A stretch of 63,407 nucleotides of DNA, counting the filler, from Actinomycetota bacterium (lineage in GTDB: Bacteria > Actinomycetota > Acidimicrobiia > IMCC26256 > VFJJ01): assembly GCA_009886115.1 (NCBI GenBank). It is 5 parts of 5 records of this genome, joined end to end, with 100 filler letters (N's around TTAATTAATTAA, not from the genome) between each part and the next. Parts side by side here need not be neighbours in the genome. Positions count along the whole stretch, not along the records: positions 59,620 to 63,407 come from VFJJ01000054.1; 4 more parts are not named here. One strand, written 5' to 3'. The position numbers and the translations under genes were made by a program. Of this stretch, positions 59,622 through 63,407 are shown piece after piece. The notes beneath the pieces were generated by a model, which did not search any database, was not told the origin of the DNA, and was given only the letters and a program-made list of their open reading frames with translations. Within the stretch, counting starts at the first letter, position 1; each line of letters opens with the position of its first letter.

Positions 59622-60416
59622 GTTCTGACCGCCCCGCCTTCGACCGTCCCGACGGCCCCGGCCTCGACCGCCCCGCCCGTCCCGACCGCCCCAGCCGTTC
59701 TGACCGCCCCGGCCTCCCCGACCTCGACGGTCCCGACCGCCTCGACCGCGGCGGCTGGCGCTCCGCTGCAGTACGGCGCCGCTGGTGCGACCCCGGCAGC
59801 CGAAGCCGTCGACTCGGCCGGGCTGTTCCCGGAGGGCTATCTCGTCGTCTCGTGTGCCGGGCAGGTGCACGCGTTCGGGGCTGCGGTCGCCGCGGGCTCG
59901 CCCCCGGTCCGGCTCGTCGGGCCGTCCGTCGTCGGCCTGGCGGCCACACCGTCGGGTCAGGGCTACTGGGTCGTCGATGAGCGAGGTGGCGTCACCACCT
60001 TCGGTGATGCGTCGTTCTTCGGTGCCCTCGCCGACCGGGCCCTCGCCCGTCCGATCGTGGGGATGGCGGCGACCCCGTCGGGTGGTGGGTACTGGTTGGT
60101 GGCGTCGGATGGTGGGTTGTTCGCGTTCGGCGATGCCGACTTCTTCGGTTCGACGGGTGGGATGACGTTGAACCGTCCGATCGTGGGGATGGCGGCGACG
60201 CCGTCGGGTGGTGGGTATTGGTTGGTGGCGTCGGATGGTGGGTTGTTCGCGTTCGGCGATGCGACCTTCGCGGGCTCGACGGGCGCCATGACCCTGACCA
60301 AGTCGATCGTCGGGATCGCCGTGACCCCCACGGGCCTCGGGTACTGGCTCCTCGCATCCGACGGCGGGATCTTCGCGTTCGGCGACGCCGATTTCCTCGG
60401 TTCGGCCGCGGCGTGA
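59622..60416 (+). CDS. Surface protein C-terminus: Pro/Ser/Thr stalk plus five GYWLVASDGG.FAFGDA propeller-like repeats (partial)
   Basis: Open frame from the contig start; about 39-aa repeats PIVGMAATPSGGGYWLVASDGGLFAFGDA. Confidence 0.85.
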   Translation, partial: VLTAPPSTVPTAPASTAPPVPTAPAVLTAPASPTSTVPTASTAAAGAPLQYGAAGATPAAEAVDSAGLFPEGYLVVSCAGQVHAFGAAVAAGSPPVRLVGPSVVGLAATPSGQGYWVVDERGGVTTFGDASFFGALADRALARPIVGMAATPSGGGYWLVASDGGLFAFGDADFFGSTGGMTLNRPIVGMAATPSGGGYWLVASDGGLFAFGDATFAGSTGAMTLTKSIVGIAVTPTGLGYWLLASDGGIFAFGDADFLGSAAA

Positions 60417-60425
60417 TCGTCGACT

Positions 60426-60445
60426 ATGTTACTGAGTGGTAACAT
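60426..60445. promoter_or_regulatory. Inverted repeat operator (TetR-like) upstream of the acyl-CoA dehydrogenase
   Basis: ATGTTAC-TGAGTG-GTAACAT, AT-rich within GC-rich DNA. Confidence 0.6.
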
Positions 60446-60522
60446 GAGGACATGACGGTCAGCCGGTGGACGCCCCCGGTCCGACCGTGTCCTCCTCTCG
60501 ATCCCCTCCCCCGAGGTGCCTC

Positions 60523-61731
60523 ATGGCTGAGTTCTCGCTGTCCCTGAACGACGACCAGGTCACGCTGCGCGACTGGGTCCACGAGTTCGCCGAGAAGGTG
60601 ATTCGACCTGCGGGCGAGGAGTGGGACGAGCGCGAGGAGACCCCGTGGCCGATTCTCGAGGAGGCGGCCAAGGCCGGGATCTACTCGTGGGAGTTCCTCG
60701 CCCAGCTGGCCGCCGATCCGACGGGCCTGTCGATGCCGATCGTCAACGAGGAGCTGTTCTGGGGTGATGCCGGCATCGGGCTGTCGATCATGGGGACGGG
60801 CCTGGCCGTTTCGGCCATCTCCGGCCAGGGCACGCCCGAGCAGATCATGACCTGGGTTCCCGAGTGCTATGGCACGCCAGGCGACCTCCGCCTCGGGGCC
60901 TTCTGCGTGACCGAGCCCAACGCCGGATCCGACGTCTCGTCGCTGCGGACCCACGCCACTCGCGACGGCGACGACTGGATCATCAACGGCACCAAGGTGT
61001 TCATCACCAACGGTGGGATCGCCAACGTGCACGTCGTCGTGGCCTCCGTCGACTCGACGCTGGGTGCTCGTGGCCACTCCTCGTTCATCGTCGCCCCGGG
61101 GACTCCGGGACTCTCGATGGGCAAGAAGGAGCGCAAGCACGGGATCCGGGCCTCGCACACCGCCGAGGTGGTGTTCGACGACGTGCGGGTCCCGTCGTCG
61201 TGCGTGATGGGCGGCGTCGAGCGCCTCGACGAGCGACTCGCCCGGGCCCGCTCCGGGCAACGCACCGGCAAGCAGGCTGCGATGTCGACGTTCGAGGCGA
61301 CCCGTCCCGTCGTCGCCGCCCAAGCCATCGGCATCGCCCGGGCCGCGTTCGAGTTCGCGCTCGACTACGCCAAGGACCGACAGCAGTTCAAGAAGGCCAT
61401 CATCGAGAACCAGTCGATCGCCTTCACGCTCGCCGACATGCGCACCGACATCGACGCCGCTCGTCTCCTCGTGTGGCGCGCCGCCTGGATGGCCGCCAAC
61501 CAGGTGCCGTTCACCGCTGCGGAAGGCTCGATGTCGAAGCTCAAGGCCGGCGAGACCGCCGTGCGCGTCACCGAGCGGGCCGTGCAGATCCTCGGCGGCT
61601 ACGGCTACATCCGCGACTTCCCCGTCGAGCGTTGGGTCCGCGACGCCAAGATCTACACGATCTTCGAAGGCACGAGTGAGATCCAACGCTTGGTCATCGC
61701 CCGGGCCCTGAGCGGCCTGCACGTGGAGTGA
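60523..61731 (+). CDS. Acyl-CoA dehydrogenase
   Basis: FCVTEPNAGSD, NGTKVFITN, KHGIRAS, QILGGYGY, IFEGTSEIQ. Confidence 0.95.
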   Translation: MAEFSLSLNDDQVTLRDWVHEFAEKVIRPAGEEWDEREETPWPILEEAAKAGIYSWEFLAQLAADPTGLSMPIVNEELFWGDAGIGLSIMGTGLAVSAISGQGTPEQIMTWVPECYGTPGDLRLGAFCVTEPNAGSDVSSLRTHATRDGDDWIINGTKVFITNGGIANVHVVVASVDSTLGARGHSSFIVAPGTPGLSMGKKERKHGIRASHTAEVVFDDVRVPSSCVMGGVERLDERLARARSGQRTGKQAAMSTFEATRPVVAAQAIGIARAAFEFALDYAKDRQQFKKAIIENQSIAFTLADMRTDIDAARLLVWRAAWMAANQVPFTAAEGSMSKLKAGETAVRVTERAVQILGGYGYIRDFPVERWVRDAKIYTIFEGTSEIQRLVIARALSGLHVE

Positions 61732-61823
61732 CGTTCTCGCACGTCAAGTGCGATTTTGTCCATCTCGGACCGTGCTGTACGTGGCGTCCGAACTCCACTC
61801 ATCCAGTGGGTGAAAATCGGCCA

Positions 61824-61846
61824 TCCCTACTTTTGTCCCTACTTTT
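61824..61846. repeat. Tandem 11-bp direct repeat TCCCTACTTTT (integrase arm-site-like)
   Basis: Two exact copies with 12-bp period at the edge of a lower-GC, pseudogene-rich tract. Confidence 0.6.
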
Positions 61847-61906
61847 CTCGCCGTATCCTCCGCCACGTTCGCGTTCAATAGCGCGGATCGGCAGAAGTGG
61901 CTGCGG

Positions 61907-62296
61907 TCAGCCGGCGTCGACCAGTTGCTGCACGCGTTGGTGCGAGAGCCCGAGCAGCTCGCCGGCGTCGCGTCGACTGATCCCGAGCTCGGTCAACGCC
62001 CGGGCCGCCTCGGCGACCTCGGCCTGGGCCTTCTCGCCGGCCCGCTGCGCCGCATCGCGCGCCCGGACCGCCCGACTTGCCACCTCACGCACATTGGGCG
62101 GGAACTCGTCGCGGACCTGCAGGTCGCCGGGCTCACAATCGAGCCACACCGCCAACGCCTCGCGGATCCGAGCGTGGGCCTGACGGATGCTCCGACCGTG
62201 CGTCTGGCATCCGGCCACGCCCTTGATCCGCACGTTCCAGGCGTCATCGACCGGATCGCGCGAGTACACCGCCACGTAGGTCTTCTGCGAGCTCAT
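61907..62296 (-). CDS. hicB: HicB family antitoxin with C-terminal HTH
   Basis: GCQTHGRSIRQAHARIREAL; ISRRDAGELLGLSHQRVQQL. Confidence 0.85.
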   Translation of the reverse strand: MSSQKTYVAVYSRDPVDDAWNVRIKGVAGCQTHGRSIRQAHARIREALAVWLDCEPGDLQVRDEFPPNVREVASRAVRARDAAQRAGEKAQAEVAEAARALTELGISRRDAGELLGLSHQRVQQLVDAG

Positions 62297-62433
62297 CGCA
62301 ACCATCCCTTCCCGAGACACGGCGTCAACGCACGCTCGATCGAGCGCAACGTGCCTGACGGAATGTCCTCACCACCATGGACCGGGACCACGCTCTGGCA
62401 GCCGCCAGGGCATCGCACCACGACGTGATTCAC
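62293..62433 (-). pseudogene. hicA: HicA toxin, N-terminally truncated
   Basis: HVVVRCPGGCQSVVPVHGGEDIPSGTLRSIERALTPCLGKGWLR*; ATGA overlap with hicB; first helix and GS of GSH missing. Confidence 0.75.
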
Positions 62434-62437
62434 GCTT

Positions 62438-62686
62438 GTGCACGCGGAGCAGCGCGAGTCTGGCGGGAAGGTGTGGAACGTCTACCACCCCAGTCTCGGT
62501 TCGGTCGGGCTCATTGAACATCCCCACCCCGGCACCGACCGGTTCGACGAACGCAGCGTCGGTCTCGACCATTTCGCATTGCGAGTACCCGACCGTGCTG
62601 CGCTCGAAGTGTGGGCGTTCGCCGCGAACCTCGTCACGGCGAGCCTGGAGGACTCGCAAGGAGACGAAGCCTCTCCAGCGCTGTAA
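62438..62686 (+). pseudogene. VOC/glyoxalase internal fragment
   Basis: VGLIEHP...RFDERSVGLDHFALRVPDRAALEVW; lacks the N-terminus and the DPDG end. Confidence 0.6.
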
Positions 62687-62760
62687 CCGATGCAGGTCTG
62701 TCACCGCAACCCGCATACGGGCGAGCCGATCGGCGGTTACGAGCGGGCCTTGGGCGGGTC

Positions 62761-63399
62761 TCAGAACGTGCGCAGCGCGTCGAGCGAGTTCCGGTCACGC
62801 CGAAACAGCGACCGCAGGACGGCGGCCGATCCGTAGCGCTCGGCGTTGATGTCGATCCCGAGGTGGCAAGCGATGTCGATCGCCCGCCGATCAACGCCCA
62901 GATCCTGCTCACCTACCGAGTGGGCGAGGTCGTCGACGTGCACGACCAACTCGAGGATCCTCGTGAGCAAGAACTCGCGCAGCGTGATCGGGAACATCGG
63001 TGCGACCGGGTGAGCGACGATCTGATCCTGCGAAGCGTCAGCGAGCACGACCTCGCTCCGCTTCCAGCTTGCCCTCCCTCGCTCGACCAGGCCTTCTCTT
63101 CCGTCGACCACCTGCTCCTCGGCAACGGCGCGCACACCGTCGTGCATCGGGCTGTCTTCGTCGAGCGGCACCCAGGAGTACATCTTGGCCGCCGTGATTG
63201 GCTGTCCGGCCGGGCCCACGACGACGAATCCATGCTCGGCCTAAGGAATGCCGCTGTGAATGAGATGTCCAGCGAGCGCACCGACCGTCATGCCGGACAG
63301 GCTCGAGGGCTCGGCCCACCACTCGCGGACACGCGATCCTTCAACGACCGACAACGCAGCGCTCGCGGTGTCGAGCCATATCTGACTGAACTCGTCCAT
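62761..63399 (-). pseudogene. Maleylpyruvate isomerase N-terminal/DinB-like protein with an in-frame TAG at codon 53
   Basis: W..PSSLSGMTVGALAGHL, then TAG at 63243-63241; the same frame continues to FLLTRILELVVHVDDLA. Confidence 0.75.
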
Positions 63400-63407
63400 A
63401 CGGCACA

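Noticed and set aside
61732..61906. tRNA or tmRNA fragment at the putative att site
   Set aside because: No T-loop GTTCGA/CCA cloverleaf could be identified
63241..63243. Pyrrolysine or stop-codon reassignment
   Set aside because: TAG terminates several genes here normally; no pyl genes in the window; decayed neighbourhood

Overview
GC-rich actinobacterial DNA, most likely Acidimicrobiia, judging from the GYWLVASDGG-repeat surface protein, the rarA-alaS-ruvX-mltG-aroE block, mftF and many leaderless genes. It is not one contiguous locus. Five contigs are joined by artificial 100-nt N/TTAATTAATTAA spacers (21032-21131, 39189-39288, 45645-45744, 59520-59619), so synteny is only valid within a contig. 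Contig 1: phoD, an Ltp2-like thiolase-fold/DUF35 pair, a nucleotidyltransferase two-gene module, cbs-metB, a small Lys/Ala-rich Zn-finger protein, a GlnA4-like gamma-glutamylation cluster extended by a choline/ethanolamine kinase and a GcvT-family oxidoreductase, and then a decayed island (ISKra4 fragment, VapC remnant, IS21-like end, MarR cassette). Contig 2: a purine/nucleoside cluster with four amidohydrolase-superfamily deaminases (one frameshifted, one with an atypical active site) plus a BMP-type ABC importer, followed by an asymmetric ABC exporter. Contig 3: lipid/xenobiotic oxidation genes and pseudogenes. Contig 4: mftF, the alaS operon with a very large MltG, vapBC, a phased 23-bp repeat array before a truncated AAA ATPase, an MFS transporter and Uma2. 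Contig 5: a propeller-repeat protein, an acyl-CoA dehydrogenase, and a decayed island edge (integrase arm-like repeats, hicB with truncated hicA). I found no rRNA, tRNA or CRISPR array. The best candidates for undescribed biology are the four-deaminase purine locus, the kinase/GcvT-extended gamma-glutamylation pathway, the CCCTC-N6-CGGAAC-N6 array, and the MltG with a ~675-aa disordered N-terminus. All calls come from motif recognition by eye; no database searches were run.
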